Assembly: GCA_030167145.1 (NCBI GenBank)
Contig: CP126532.1
Location: forward strand, 4,560,001-4,592,000
Source: Ktedonobacterales bacterium
GTDB taxonomy: Bacteria; Chloroflexota; Ktedonobacteria; Ktedonobacterales; JADMIN01
Reading direction: 5' to 3'
DNA length: 32,000 nt
The stretch's first letter is position 1. Every line of letters starts with the position of its first letter. Positions 10,629 through 20,029 of this stretch are shown piece by piece. The translations under genes were made by a program, and so were the position numbers. The notes below the pieces were generated by a model. It saw only the letters and a program-made list of their open reading frames with translations. It ran no database searches and was not told the DNA's origin.

Positions 10629-11615
10629 TCACTCGGAATCTGTCTTCTGCGCGCCGCACCTGTACAGTGTGACGATCTCTTCCGCCGTGCGCGCTACCAT
10701 CTCGCGTAGCGCCAGCGGCTCAACCACCTCGACCAGCCCGCCCAGGCTCAGCACATACTCGCAGGCATTGTGTTCTTCCTCGAACATCATCGCCACCCGA
10801 ATCCAGCCGTCGTCATCGGGTGGATCTTCGCGCTTGATGCGCGCATAGCCGCCACCCGCACGCAGGCGCGGCAGCGCACTGGGAGCCGCGCGCAGCGTCG
10901 CGGGATAGCGCGGCAGGTTCGCCTTGAACTGGCGCGAAGATGCTTCCCAGTACGCCGCGAGATCGAAGCCAGCGGGGCGTAAGGACGGCTCATCGCTGAC
11001 GAGCACCTCGCGCATGCGCGAGACGCGATACGTGCGCGGTTCTCCCTCCACTGCCGCCACCAGATACCAGAGGCTGCCCTTCGCCACCAACCCCAGCGGG
11101 TCCACTACGCGCTCCGAAGCGGTGCCATCGCCACGCGCATAACACAGGCGCAGCTTGCGTTCGCGCCATACCGCATCTTGCAGCAGTGGCAGCAACGGCA
11201 CAGCCTCCTCGGATTGTCGCCAGCCAGCGGCGTCCACATAGATGCGCTGGCGCGCGTCTTCCGCATCGCGCCGGTGCATCGCGGGCAGCGCCGCCAGCAG
11301 CTTGATCAGCGCCCCCTCCGCCGCCTGACGCAGCCCCAGATCACTCAACAACCGCGACGGCCTGGTGAGAAATAAGGTCTGGATCTCCGCTTCGTTCAGT
11401 CCGGTCAGGTTTGTCGTGTAGGTCTCCAGCAGCCGCCAGCCACCGCCCACGCCGCGCTCAGCCATCACCGGCACGCCCGACATACCCAGCGCCGCCATGT
11501 CGCGGTGGATGGTCCGCTCCGACACCTCCAGCCGCCGCGCCAGTTCACCCGCCGTCATCCGCCGGTGAACCTGCAATAACAGCAGTATCGAGAGCAACCG
11601 ATCCGCGCGCATCAT
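10629..11615 (-). CDS. YafY-family HTH/WYL-domain transcriptional regulator
   Basis: N-terminal HTH: MMRADRLLSILLLLQVHRRMTAGELARRLEVSERTIHRDMAAL. WYL core: KGSLWYLVA. The ORF-track start at 11693 was trimmed to the tandem ATGs at 11615/11612. Confidence 0.85.
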   Translation of the reverse strand: MMRADRLLSILLLLQVHRRMTAGELARRLEVSERTIHRDMAALGMSGVPVMAERGVGGGWRLLETYTTNLTGLNEAEIQTLFLTRPSRLLSDLGLRQAAEGALIKLLAALPAMHRRDAEDARQRIYVDAAGWRQSEEAVPLLPLLQDAVWRERKLRLCYARGDGTASERVVDPLGLVAKGSLWYLVAAVEGEPRTYRVSRMREVLVSDEPSLRPAGFDLAAYWEASSRQFKANLPRYPATLRAAPSALPRLRAGGGYARIKREDPPDDDGWIRVAMMFEEEHNACEYVLSLGGLVEVVEPLALREMVARTAEEIVTLYRCGAQKTDSE

Positions 11616-11767
11616 CGCCTCGTTTCTCTCACATATTCCCATTCGCCCCGTCAATATGCGCAGTATACGCAGTTTACGTGCGAAATATGCCAATACATGT
11701 CATGAAGCGACCGCTAGACTACGACCATCAGCGCCAGCGCGCTGAATGACCCTAGAAGGAGGCAGAC

Positions 11768-12619
11768 ATGCGATACGGCCTGACGTTGCCCAACGCGGGT
11801 AGCAATGGCGACGCCCACACACTCGCCGAACTGGCCACTCTTGCGGAAGACGCGGGCTGGGATGGCGTCTTTCTCGAAGACTACATCGTGCATCACAGCG
11901 CCCCAGATGCCCCAACCTATGATCCCTGGTTGGCGCTGGCGGCAATAGCCTGCAACACCACACGCATCCGTATCGGCACGTCGGTAACGCCGCTAACGCG
12001 GCGGCGGCCCTGGAAGCTCGCCCGCGAGACCGTCACCCTGGATCACCTCTCCAATGGCCGCGTAATCCTGGGTGTGGGGTTGGGCGACCTGGGCGACGCC
12101 GGTTTCGCCCAGGTGGGCGAGCCAACCGATAACCGCCAGCGCGCCCGCATCCTCGACGAAGCCCTCACCGTGCTGACGGGATTGTGGAGCGGCGAGCCGT
12201 TCGCCTTCAGCGGGGAGCATTTTCAAGTAGACCATGTGACGCTGCTACCTCGACCCGTCCAGCAGCCGCGCATTCCGATCTGGGTCGGCGGCAACTGGCC
12301 GCACAAGGGCGTGATGCGCCGGGCCGCGCGCTGGGATGGCTTTGCCGGAGGCAAAGAGCACGCGCCAGAGGAAGATTGGCATCTCACAGCAGCCGAAATC
12401 CGCGAAGTGAAAACCTGCATCGCCAGCCAGCGCACCACCCCCGCGCCGTTTGACATCGTGCTCGGCGGCGCTGAACGCAGCCCCGATTGGGAGCACGACC
12501 GCGCACTGATTCGCTCGGCAGCCGAATCCGGAGCGACGTGGTGGATGGAATATGTGCCGGTGGGCGAGCTAGTATACATCCGCGACTGCATCGCGCGTGG
12601 CCCGTTGCGCATTGGCTGA
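11768..12619 (+). CDS. luciferase-like (LLM class, probably F420-dependent) oxidoreductase
   Basis: MRYGLTLPN..., GRVILGVGLG and RIPIWVGG are typical of the LLM family. GAAGGAGG lies upstream of the ATG. Confidence 0.85.
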   Translation: MRYGLTLPNAGSNGDAHTLAELATLAEDAGWDGVFLEDYIVHHSAPDAPTYDPWLALAAIACNTTRIRIGTSVTPLTRRRPWKLARETVTLDHLSNGRVILGVGLGDLGDAGFAQVGEPTDNRQRARILDEALTVLTGLWSGEPFAFSGEHFQVDHVTLLPRPVQQPRIPIWVGGNWPHKGVMRRAARWDGFAGGKEHAPEEDWHLTAAEIREVKTCIASQRTTPAPFDIVLGGAERSPDWEHDRALIRSAAESGATWWMEYVPVGELVYIRDCIARGPLRIG

Positions 12620-12739
12620 GCAGCGCCAACGTGCTTCCGACATTACGGATTATCCATCGCCTTCACATCCGCCTTGTGCCACCAAGCGCCTGATGTTATG
12701 ATGCGCCCTGTGACTTTCACTATTCTGGGGTGCAAAGGT

Positions 12740-14488
12740 ATGCCATATCGCCTCGGCCAGAGGCTCATCGCGCGCAGATATCCGCTGCTGGCCGCCGCGC
12801 TGATTCTCACCGCCGTCACATTGCGCGTCGCGCTGCTGCGCGCGGGATGGCCGGGAACCGATAGCGACGACTCCACCATGGGGCTGATGGCCAAGCACAT
12901 CCTCACCCGTGGCGAGCGCCCGATCTTCTTCTACGGGCAAGCGTACATGGGCACAATAGAGGCCTACCTCGGCGCGCTGATGTTCGCGGTGTTTGGTGTC
13001 TCCGTCTTCGCGCTGAAATGCGGCCTCGTCATCCTATACGCCGCATTCCTGGGCATCATGTATGTGCTGCTGTCGCGGCTTTTTAACCGCGCCTGGGCGC
13101 TCGTTGGGCTGGCGCTGCTCAGTCTTGGCGCGGATGACATGCTGTATCATCAGCTTGAGGCGTATGGCGGCTATCTCGAAACCCTCTGCTTCGGCTCATT
13201 GATGATCGTGGTGGCGGTCTGGCTGGCGCGCACCGATGGCGACCTCAAGCACGCACGGCGGCGTCTCTGGGCGTTCGGCGCGTGGGGCCTGGCGGCGGGC
13301 CTCGGCATCTGGAGCGACCCGCTCATCATGCCGTTCGTGATCCTCTCGGCACTGTTGCTCGTCCTCACCTGCTGGCGGACGGTCCGCAGCAGGCTGGCGC
13401 TCGTCGCACTTCTTGGCCTGCTGCTCGGCGTCTCCCCTTGGGTCGTCTACGCCGCCACCTCGCCCTCGCTTGACGCCGCCAGGAGCTTTTTGCAGCGCGC
13501 CCCCGATCCCCAACCATCACAATCTTCGCCTCAGCAGCCGGGCACGCGCGTCACCGTGACCACGCCTCCCCAACCATCTCCCGGCGAGATCGCTATCAAT
13601 CGCGTACTGGGAACTGTGCTGATCGCCATCCCCAACAACACCGGCGCGACCACCCTCTGCCCGCTGGCGGTGGACGAAGCCTGGCCGCCGCAACACTGGA
13701 CCACTCCACGCATCCAGGGTTGCATGCTATTTCGCGGTGTCTGGGGCGGCGCATTCCTGCTGCTGCTGGCGCTGGCGCTCGCGTTGGAACTGCGGACATT
13801 CTGGGCGCTGTGGCGCAAGCCGCCCGCCATGTGGTCGCCTGATATGCGCTTGCGCGCCGCGCGCAGCGGTGGGCGGCTTGTAGCTCTTGCCGCGCCTGGG
13901 TGTACCATCCTGCTTTTTGCGCTCAGTTCCGCGTCTTCCTATACACCGTGGCAGTATTCGCGCTACCTCATCAGCCTCTTGATCGCGCTACCCGTGCTCG
14001 TCGCGACGCTCTGGCGCCATGCGCCGCCGCTCTCCCTCAAGCGCTGGCGGTGGCGGCGCAGCGCACGCCTCGCTGTCGCGGCAGTGACGGCATTCCTGCT
14101 GATTGTGCTGGCACTGGGCGCGGTCGGAGCGTTCCGCAGCGTGGATGCTGAGCGGCTAGCCACCCGCCAGCAGCACGACCTGATTCAGCGGCTGCTCCTG
14201 CAAGGCGATACGCGCGTCTATTCCGACTACTGGACCTGCCTCCGCATGATCTTCGAGAGCAACGAGCAGATCATCTGCGGCGTGCTGACCCCACAACTCA
14301 CCCACGCGCCCAGCCGCTACCCGCCATACGACGCGCTGATGGGCGCTGCGCCGCACCCCGCCTATGTTTTCCCATTGCACACGCCACAGGCGCGCGGCTT
14401 CCCCGCACTGGCGGCGCGAAACGGCTGGCGCATAGAGTCAAGCGCCGTTGACGGCCAATACATCATCTTTCACGTGCTGCCTACTTGA
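12740..14488 (+). CDS. polytopic membrane GT-C glycosyltransferase (ArnT/PMT, GT39-like)
   Basis: Many TM helices. The first-loop acidic motif PGTDSDDSTMGLMAKHI is typical of GT-C enzymes. The start was trimmed to ATG 12740 (MPYRLGQ...). The 3' end overlaps the convergent gene by 8 nt. Confidence 0.75.
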   Translation: MPYRLGQRLIARRYPLLAAALILTAVTLRVALLRAGWPGTDSDDSTMGLMAKHILTRGERPIFFYGQAYMGTIEAYLGALMFAVFGVSVFALKCGLVILYAAFLGIMYVLLSRLFNRAWALVGLALLSLGADDMLYHQLEAYGGYLETLCFGSLMIVVAVWLARTDGDLKHARRRLWAFGAWGLAAGLGIWSDPLIMPFVILSALLLVLTCWRTVRSRLALVALLGLLLGVSPWVVYAATSPSLDAARSFLQRAPDPQPSQSSPQQPGTRVTVTTPPQPSPGEIAINRVLGTVLIAIPNNTGATTLCPLAVDEAWPPQHWTTPRIQGCMLFRGVWGGAFLLLLALALALELRTFWALWRKPPAMWSPDMRLRAARSGGRLVALAAPGCTILLFALSSASSYTPWQYSRYLISLLIALPVLVATLWRHAPPLSLKRWRWRRSARLAVAAVTAFLLIVLALGAVGAFRSVDAERLATRQQHDLIQRLLLQGDTRVYSDYWTCLRMIFESNEQIICGVLTPQLTHAPSRYPPYDALMGAAPHPAYVFPLHTPQARGFPALAARNGWRIESSAVDGQYIIFHVLPT

Positions 14489-15158
14489 GACCTGCGCTCA
14501 GCCAGCGCGGCGGCGGGTCAAGATGTGCGATGCCGTTGAAGATATGCAGCATGCCCGTAGAGGGTCCGCTGGCGGTGATGCGCCAGTCGAGCACACACAG
14601 GCTGGCGGGGTCGAGCCACATCCGCTGCGCGCCCGCCAGTGGCAGCGCCAGCGCGGCGCAGATCAGCGCCTTCACCGGCCCGACATGACTGACCAGTGCA
14701 ATCGTCTCGCCAGGATGTTGCGCCGCCAGCCGGTCTACACAGGCGATGGTGCGGTCGCGCACCTGCGCCAGGCTCTCTCCGCCAGTCGGAGCCACCTCCG
14801 CGCTGCGCTCCCATGCGGCCAACGTCTCAGGGTCCAGCGCCAGCACCTCAGCGCGCGTGTGGTTCTCCCACGCGCCAAAGTCCTGCTCGCGTAGCTCCGG
14901 CTCCGGCTGAATCGCAAGCCCCAGCGCCGCGCCGATGGCCGCTGCCGTGAACTGCGCGCGTTGCAGCGGGCTGCTGTAGACCGCGCTGACGGCGAACGGG
15001 CTGAGCGCGGCGGCGATCTGGCGCGCCTGCTCCTGGCCGCGCTCGGTCAGTGGCGCATCGGTAACGCCCAGGTAGCGCAGTTCGCGGTTGCCGCTGGCCT
15101 CGCCATGGCGCACGAGCACCAGCCGCGTGATGGATGTGTGTTGCGGCGCGGCGCTCAC
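14481..15158 (-). CDS. histidine phosphatase family protein (phosphoglycerate mutase/CobC-like)
   Basis: RHG motif LVLVRHGEASGN and the second His motif LVSHVGPV. The GTG start overlaps the upstream stop codon (GTGA). Confidence 0.85.
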   Translation of the reverse strand: MSAAPQHTSITRLVLVRHGEASGNRELRYLGVTDAPLTERGQEQARQIAAALSPFAVSAVYSSPLQRAQFTAAAIGAALGLAIQPEPELREQDFGAWENHTRAEVLALDPETLAAWERSAEVAPTGGESLAQVRDRTIACVDRLAAQHPGETIALVSHVGPVKALICAALALPLAGAQRMWLDPASLCVLDWRITASGPSTGMLHIFNGIAHLDPPPRWLSAGLK

Positions 15159-16159
15159 GACGACGCCCCCAGATCAATCGGCAGCGTGCGGTGAATAATC
15201 CGGCTCCCCATACCCAGGCTCCACGAGCCGAAATCGGCTTCGGGTAAGCGGTGCAGCGCCAGGATGGCCGCGCCCACCTCTGGCGGATGCACTGGATCAC
15301 GCACGACCGCACGCGGCGCGGCCTGGCTTATCAACCGGGTGAATGGCTCCGTCACCCACGGCGTCGCCTTGAAGACACTGCCAACCGTGGCGACAGGAAA
15401 CTCGGTGCCCGCCATACCGAGCGCACGGATGATCGCGATGGCTTGCTGCGCAAGGTCGCTCCCCGCGCCTGCGAGAATGTCGCGTGCGGTGACATCGCCC
15501 GCATTCGCGGCCTCGCTCACGCGGGCAGCGAATCCCGACATCTCCACCTTGCCGAACTCTGTGCTATCTACCAGTCGCCGCATCCCTTCGGCGTCCGCGA
15601 CGCTGTAGTGCCGTCCCATCTCGCGCGTGAGCAGAGTTGGCGCGGCGCGGCCATCCAGCGCACGCATCGCCGCGCGGATCGCGCTGCGCCCGATGTCGTA
15701 CGCGCTGCCACTGTCGCCCAGCACGTAATCCCAGCCGTCGGTGCGCCAGAATTCGCCGCGCGCATTCATACCCAGCGCCGTCGAGCCGGTGCCCGCAATC
15801 ACCACCAGCCCCGCCCCCACTTCGGTCGCACCCGCCCACGCGCCCACCACATCGTTCTCGAATATCGCCGGACCCGTATAGCCAAGCGCCTGCACCGCCG
15901 CGCGTGGCACCGGCAGATCCAGGTCGGTATCCAGCCCCGCCAGGCACAGGCAGAGCGCGGCAACTTCGTCGAGCCGCACGCCTGCGATGACTAGCGCGGC
16001 GCTCACGGCGCTGGCGATGTTCGCGGCGGCGGCTTCCGCACCCACGGAGCGCGAGTTGGCAGGCCCGCTGGTCGCGCCACCCACGACGCGCACGTCTTCG
16101 CTGACCACCACCGCCGTGGTCTTGGTGCCGCCGCCGTCTACGCCAACAACGAACCGCAT
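15155..16159 (-). CDS. BadF/BadG/BcrA/BcrD-type ATPase (N-acetylglucosamine kinase-like)
   Basis: N-terminal phosphate-1 motif MRFVVGVDGGGTKTT, and GTGS in the middle of the protein. Confidence 0.8.
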   Translation of the reverse strand: MRFVVGVDGGGTKTTAVVVSEDVRVVGGATSGPANSRSVGAEAAAANIASAVSAALVIAGVRLDEVAALCLCLAGLDTDLDLPVPRAAVQALGYTGPAIFENDVVGAWAGATEVGAGLVVIAGTGSTALGMNARGEFWRTDGWDYVLGDSGSAYDIGRSAIRAAMRALDGRAAPTLLTREMGRHYSVADAEGMRRLVDSTEFGKVEMSGFAARVSEAANAGDVTARDILAGAGSDLAQQAIAIIRALGMAGTEFPVATVGSVFKATPWVTEPFTRLISQAAPRAVVRDPVHPPEVGAAILALHRLPEADFGSWSLGMGSRIIHRTLPIDLGASS

Positions 16160-16174
16160 AGTGTTCCTCCGTCT

Positions 16175-17062
16175 TCAGCGCATATCCGCGAACGCTTCGC
16201 TCACCACAGCTTCAACTTCAGCGTCGCCGAAGCGAGGGCCAGCATCCAGAGTATTGTCGGCTCTAGACGTTTCGAGCCAGAGCAGATATTCATGGTTGCC
16301 ATCGCGCCCGGTAATCGGCGAGGCGACCACCCCTCGTGGCCGCAACGTCGCCGACGGCGCATGCTGCGCGGCCTGGGCCAGCCATGCCAGCAGGTCGCGC
16401 AGCACGCGACGATGCACCGCCGGATCGGCGATCACTCCCGCGCCCCGACTCACTTCGGCGCGCCCTGCCTCGAACTGCGGCTTCACCAGCGCCACAATCC
16501 AACTCCCTGGCGCGAGCAGCGCCGCCACCGGCGGCAGCACCAGGCGCAGTGAGATAAACGATACGTCTATCACCGCGCATGTGGCCGTTTCTGGCAGTTC
16601 CGTCACGTGGCGGATATTGGTGCGGTCCATCACCACCACCCGCGGATCGGTTTGCAGCGACCAGGCAAGCTGGCCACGTCCTACGTCAATCGCGTAGACG
16701 CGCGCTGCACCCCGGCGCAGCAGCACATCCGTGAAGCCGCCCGTAGACGCCCCCACATCCAGGCAAACGCAGCTAGTAGGGTCGAGCGCAAAGGCATCGA
16801 GCGCCCGTTCCAGCTTCAAGCCGCCGCGGCTCACGAAGCGTAGCTCCGCCGCTGGCCCGACGATCTCGCAAACAGCGTCGCGCGGAACCATCGTGCCTGC
16901 CTTGCTGACGATGCGGCCATCCACCCGCGCCTCGCCAGCCATAATCAGCGCTCGCGCTCGCTCGCGCGATGGCGCCAGCCCGTGTTCCACGAGCAGCACA
17001 TCCAGCCGTTCGCGGGTCGCGCGCGTTTGCCCGCGTGCGGGTTTGCCAGAGTCGTCGCTCAT
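16175..17062 (-). CDS. tlyA: TlyA-family rRNA (cytidine-2'-O)-methyltransferase
   Basis: S4 domain [33 protein letters not shown] plus the FtsJ-like SAM motif [16 protein letters not shown]. Confidence 0.9.
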   Translation of the reverse strand: MSDDSGKPARGQTRATRERLDVLLVEHGLAPSRERARALIMAGEARVDGRIVSKAGTMVPRDAVCEIVGPAAELRFVSRGGLKLERALDAFALDPTSCVCLDVGASTGGFTDVLLRRGAARVYAIDVGRGQLAWSLQTDPRVVVMDRTNIRHVTELPETATCAVIDVSFISLRLVLPPVAALLAPGSWIVALVKPQFEAGRAEVSRGAGVIADPAVHRRVLRDLLAWLAQAAQHAPSATLRPRGVVASPITGRDGNHEYLLWLETSRADNTLDAGPRFGDAEVEAVVSEAFADMR

Positions 17063-17135
17063 CTTGCTTTGCCTATATCGTTCTCACCCGTTCGCGCTCA
17101 GTGTAGCACGTCCTTTGCCGCGCATGAATTCGTGG

Positions 17136-17465
17136 TTAGCGGGGGACACGCGCAAACCAGGCATCGCTTTCCATGAGCAGGGTAACATCGCCCTCAACCT
17201 GATACCATCCACCCTGATACGCAAGCAGTGGGTCCTGCTCATACGCGAGCAGGCGCATCCAGAGGTCGAAGTCGCTCGTCACGATAGCGCTGGGCGCGGG
17301 GTGTGCTCCTATCGCGGTCGTGATCGTCCCATCACCGATGATCGCATGGCACACGCCGCACTGGCTGCCGGTGAAGACGTATTGCAGCACGGCATGCGTG
17401 CGCTGGCACTTTTCTGGAACGAACGTTGCCTCCATCGAGCGCAAATAGCTCTCTATCGTGATCAC
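17136..17465 (-). CDS. SCP2 sterol-binding-domain-like small protein
   Basis: ORF 17136..17600 trimmed to GTG 17465, preceded by GGAGGAG. The track start would overlap lysA. SCP2-like C-terminus: DFDLWMRLLAYEQDPLLAYQGGWYQVEGDVTLLMES. Confidence 0.55.
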   Translation of the reverse strand: MITIESYLRSMEATFVPEKCQRTHAVLQYVFTGSQCGVCHAIIGDGTITTAIGAHPAPSAIVTSDFDLWMRLLAYEQDPLLAYQGGWYQVEGDVTLLMESDAWFARVPR

Positions 17466-17532
17466 CCCTGCTCCTCCCCCAAGGCCACACAGCCTCCGAT
17501 GAATATTCGGAAACGCTGTTGATACTATACCG

Positions 17533-18882
17533 CTATGATTGCTCCAGTCGCAGCAGGTCATCCAGTGTCTCGCGCCGCCGCGCCAATCGCGCCTGCCCAT
17601 CGCGCACCCACACCACCGCCGGGCGCGGCACGAGATTATAGTTGCTCGCCATCGGCAGATGATATGCGCCGCTTACGGGAATCGCGAGTAGTTCGCCCGG
17701 CGCGGCCACAGGCAGTTCCGCCGCCTCCACCAGCACATCCCCCGATTCACAATACCGCCCGACGATACGCACTGTCTCTGCGGCGGGCGCGCGCATGCGC
17801 TCGGCCAGCACAGCCGTGTAACGCACGCCGTAAAGCGCCGGACGTGGATTCTCGCCCATGCCGCCATCCACAGCCACAAAGGTTGTGCCACCAGGGACAG
17901 CCTTACGGGGACCGACTGTATAAAGCGCGACGCCCGCCCGCGCCACTATCGCTCGCCCCGGCTCGACAATCAGCCGTGGCGAAGCGAGCCGGTGGCGCTC
18001 GATCGCTGCATGCAGCGCATCCGTCACCGCTTCGGCGTACTCGTCAATCGTGGGCGCTATCTTATCCGACGCATAGGCGACACCCAACCCACCGCCGGGG
18101 CTTAGCTCACGGATGTTCGCGCCATGTTCATCGCGCAGACGCGCGGCAAAAGCACACAGAAACGTCACCACCTCCGCCGCCGGGCGCATATCAAAGAGTT
18201 GCGAGCCAACGTGGGCGTGCAGCCCCGCGAGATCGAGCCAGGGCGAGGCAATGGCACGCGCCGCCGCTTCGTCCGCTACGCCGCTGGCTACATCCAACCC
18301 GAACTTCGAGTCGGCATGGCCGGTTTGGGTGTAGGCGTGGGTCTCCGTCGGCACATCCGGGCAGAGGCGCAGCCAGATCGCCGCTGGGCGACCTTGTTCC
18401 CGCGCCAGCGCCTCTACGCGCGCCAGCTCGTCCAGGCTGTCCACCACGATGCGCCCGATGCCAGCGTCCAGCGCGGCGGCTAGCTCGGCATCGGGCTTGA
18501 AGTTGCCATGCAGGTGGATGCGCGCCGCCGGATAGCCGCTCGCCAGCGCAACACCAAACTCGCCTGCCGAAACGGTGTCCAGCTCCAGCCCTTCTTCGGC
18601 CAGCAGCGCGCAGAGCGCGGGCGCGAGATACGCCTTGCCCGCATAGGCGATGGCGCTCTCTGGCCAGCGCTGCGCGAACGCGCGGCGAAAGCTCTGGCAT
18701 TGCCCACGCAGTGTCGCTTCATCGAAGACGTAAAGCGGCGTGCCGTATTCGTGCGCCGGCGCCGACGCATCAATCCCCGCCAGCCGCAGCCGCCCGTTCG
18801 CGTCCACCGTCGCTGTATCCGGCCAGAGCTGCGCATGCGCGGGCAGCGTCTTGCGTTGCAGATCGGCAATGAAGTCTGACAT
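17533..18882 (-). CDS. lysA: diaminopimelate decarboxylase
   Basis: Trimmed to ATG 18882 (MSDFIADLQRK...), with GAAGGGGAA upstream. Motifs: YAGKAY (PLP Lys), HAHVGSQ, PGGGLGV, YCESGD. Confidence 0.92.
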   Translation of the reverse strand: MSDFIADLQRKTLPAHAQLWPDTATVDANGRLRLAGIDASAPAHEYGTPLYVFDEATLRGQCQSFRRAFAQRWPESAIAYAGKAYLAPALCALLAEEGLELDTVSAGEFGVALASGYPAARIHLHGNFKPDAELAAALDAGIGRIVVDSLDELARVEALAREQGRPAAIWLRLCPDVPTETHAYTQTGHADSKFGLDVASGVADEAAARAIASPWLDLAGLHAHVGSQLFDMRPAAEVVTFLCAFAARLRDEHGANIRELSPGGGLGVAYASDKIAPTIDEYAEAVTDALHAAIERHRLASPRLIVEPGRAIVARAGVALYTVGPRKAVPGGTTFVAVDGGMGENPRPALYGVRYTAVLAERMRAPAAETVRIVGRYCESGDVLVEAAELPVAAPGELLAIPVSGAYHLPMASNYNLVPRPAVVWVRDGQARLARRRETLDDLLRLEQS

Positions 18883-18974
18883 GACCAGTTTCCCCTTCGT
18901 GTGCGCGGGCATGATACCATAGGCAAGGGCCGATTGGCATCGTCGCGATGCGAGCGAAGGAGCGATAACCTCAT

Positions 18975-19547
18975 ATGAGCGCGAATATCTGGCAGGGGCA
19001 CCGTGTCCGCTTGCGTGGTGTTGAGCCGGGAGACTGGGAGGTCCATTTCGAGTGGGACCAGGACAGCGAGATGCAACGCCGCCTAGGTGTTGTCCATGTG
19101 CCACGCTCGCGTGAAGGTACGCGGCGCTGGGCGGAGCAGGAGGCGACCCGCACAGGTGAAGATGACACCTACCAATGGGAGATCGAAGCCCTTGCGAGCG
19201 GCGAGCACGTGGGCGGCATCGGCACGCACCTCTGCGACCGCCGTGCGGGGACCTTTCGCCATGGGTTGGCCATTCGCGAGGAGCACCAGCGCAAAGGCTA
19301 TGCGTCGGAGGCCATCCTACTCGTCTGTCGCTACTACTTCGATGAGTTGCGCTATCAGAAAGTGACGACGACAGTCTATAGCTTCAACGAGCCATCAATT
19401 CGGCTGCACGAGCGGCTGGGATTCCAGCTTGAGGGCAGGCTGCGCCGTATGATCTATACGCACGGGCAGCATTATGACGCCTTGTTCTACGGCATGACGG
19501 TGGAAGAGTTTCGCGAACGGCATGCCACCGCGCTGCCAGAGGCATGA
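18975..19547 (+). CDS. GNAT family N-acetyltransferase (RimJ/RimL-like)
   Basis: Acetyl-CoA motif HQRKGYASEA and the C-terminal SIRLHERLGF. GAAGGAG lies upstream. Confidence 0.85.
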   Translation: MSANIWQGHRVRLRGVEPGDWEVHFEWDQDSEMQRRLGVVHVPRSREGTRRWAEQEATRTGEDDTYQWEIEALASGEHVGGIGTHLCDRRAGTFRHGLAIREEHQRKGYASEAILLVCRYYFDELRYQKVTTTVYSFNEPSIRLHERLGFQLEGRLRRMIYTHGQHYDALFYGMTVEEFRERHATALPEA

Positions 19548-19569
19548 CGGGCAATCGAGGTATACACCA

Positions 19570-20010
19570 GTGAGCGATGAGAGGAAAGCGCTGATTCTGC
19601 GCACGGATGGCGCTTCGCGCGGCAATCCGGGGCACGCTGCCGCTGGTGTCGTGATCCAGCGCGAAGACGGCGAATTGCTCGCGCGTGGTAAAACATACCT
19701 GGGCATCATGACCAATAACCAGGCGGAATATCGCGCGCTGATTCTCGGCCTGCGCGCCGTTGCTCGTTATTTTCCGTCAATCGTGTACGTGTATATGGAT
19801 AGCGAGTTGGTGACACGGCAAATGACGGGGCAATACCGGGTGAAGGACGAGGCACTTCGTCTGCTCTATGAAGAGGCCCGCGAACTGGCCCGCAAGTTGC
19901 CAAAGGTGACATTCGAGCACGTGCTGCGCGGAAAGAATGCCCTGGCCGATGCGCTGGCCAACGAGGCGCTGGACGAACGCGCGAAACAGCAGCACGAGGC
20001 ACGCGGATGA
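19570..20010 (+). CDS. rnhA: ribonuclease HI family protein
   Basis: Trimmed to GTG 19570 (VSDERKALILRTDGASRGNPG...). DEDD residues sit in TDGASRGNPG, NNQAEY, MDSELV and NALADALAN. Confidence 0.8.
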   Translation: MSDERKALILRTDGASRGNPGHAAAGVVIQREDGELLARGKTYLGIMTNNQAEYRALILGLRAVARYFPSIVYVYMDSELVTRQMTGQYRVKDEALRLLYEEARELARKLPKVTFEHVLRGKNALADALANEALDERAKQQHEARG

Positions 20011-20029
20011 GCGAGGCGGAGGAAGCGCG

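Noticed and set aside
14481-14488. 8-nt overlap of the 3' ends of the convergent GT-C glycosyltransferase and histidine phosphatase genes.
   Set aside because: Short convergent overlaps are common in compact GC-rich genomes. This one needs no special explanation.
15251-18500. Antisense ORFs 15251..15994 +, 15987..16697 +, 16731..17522 +, 17535..18500 +, and also 30531..31481 + opposite leuS.
   Set aside because: Same reasoning as above. Each is opposite a well-supported gene (BadF-type ATPase, tlyA, lysA, leuS) and has low-complexity composition.
18883-19104. Possible lysine (L-box) riboswitch upstream of lysA, and likewise upstream of the DapL-type aminotransferase (29040-29309).
   Set aside because: The lysA upstream gap is only 92 nt before the divergent GNAT gene. 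Neither region contains the L-box blocks as I remember them (AGAGGnGC, GCCGAAG, CUGUCA).
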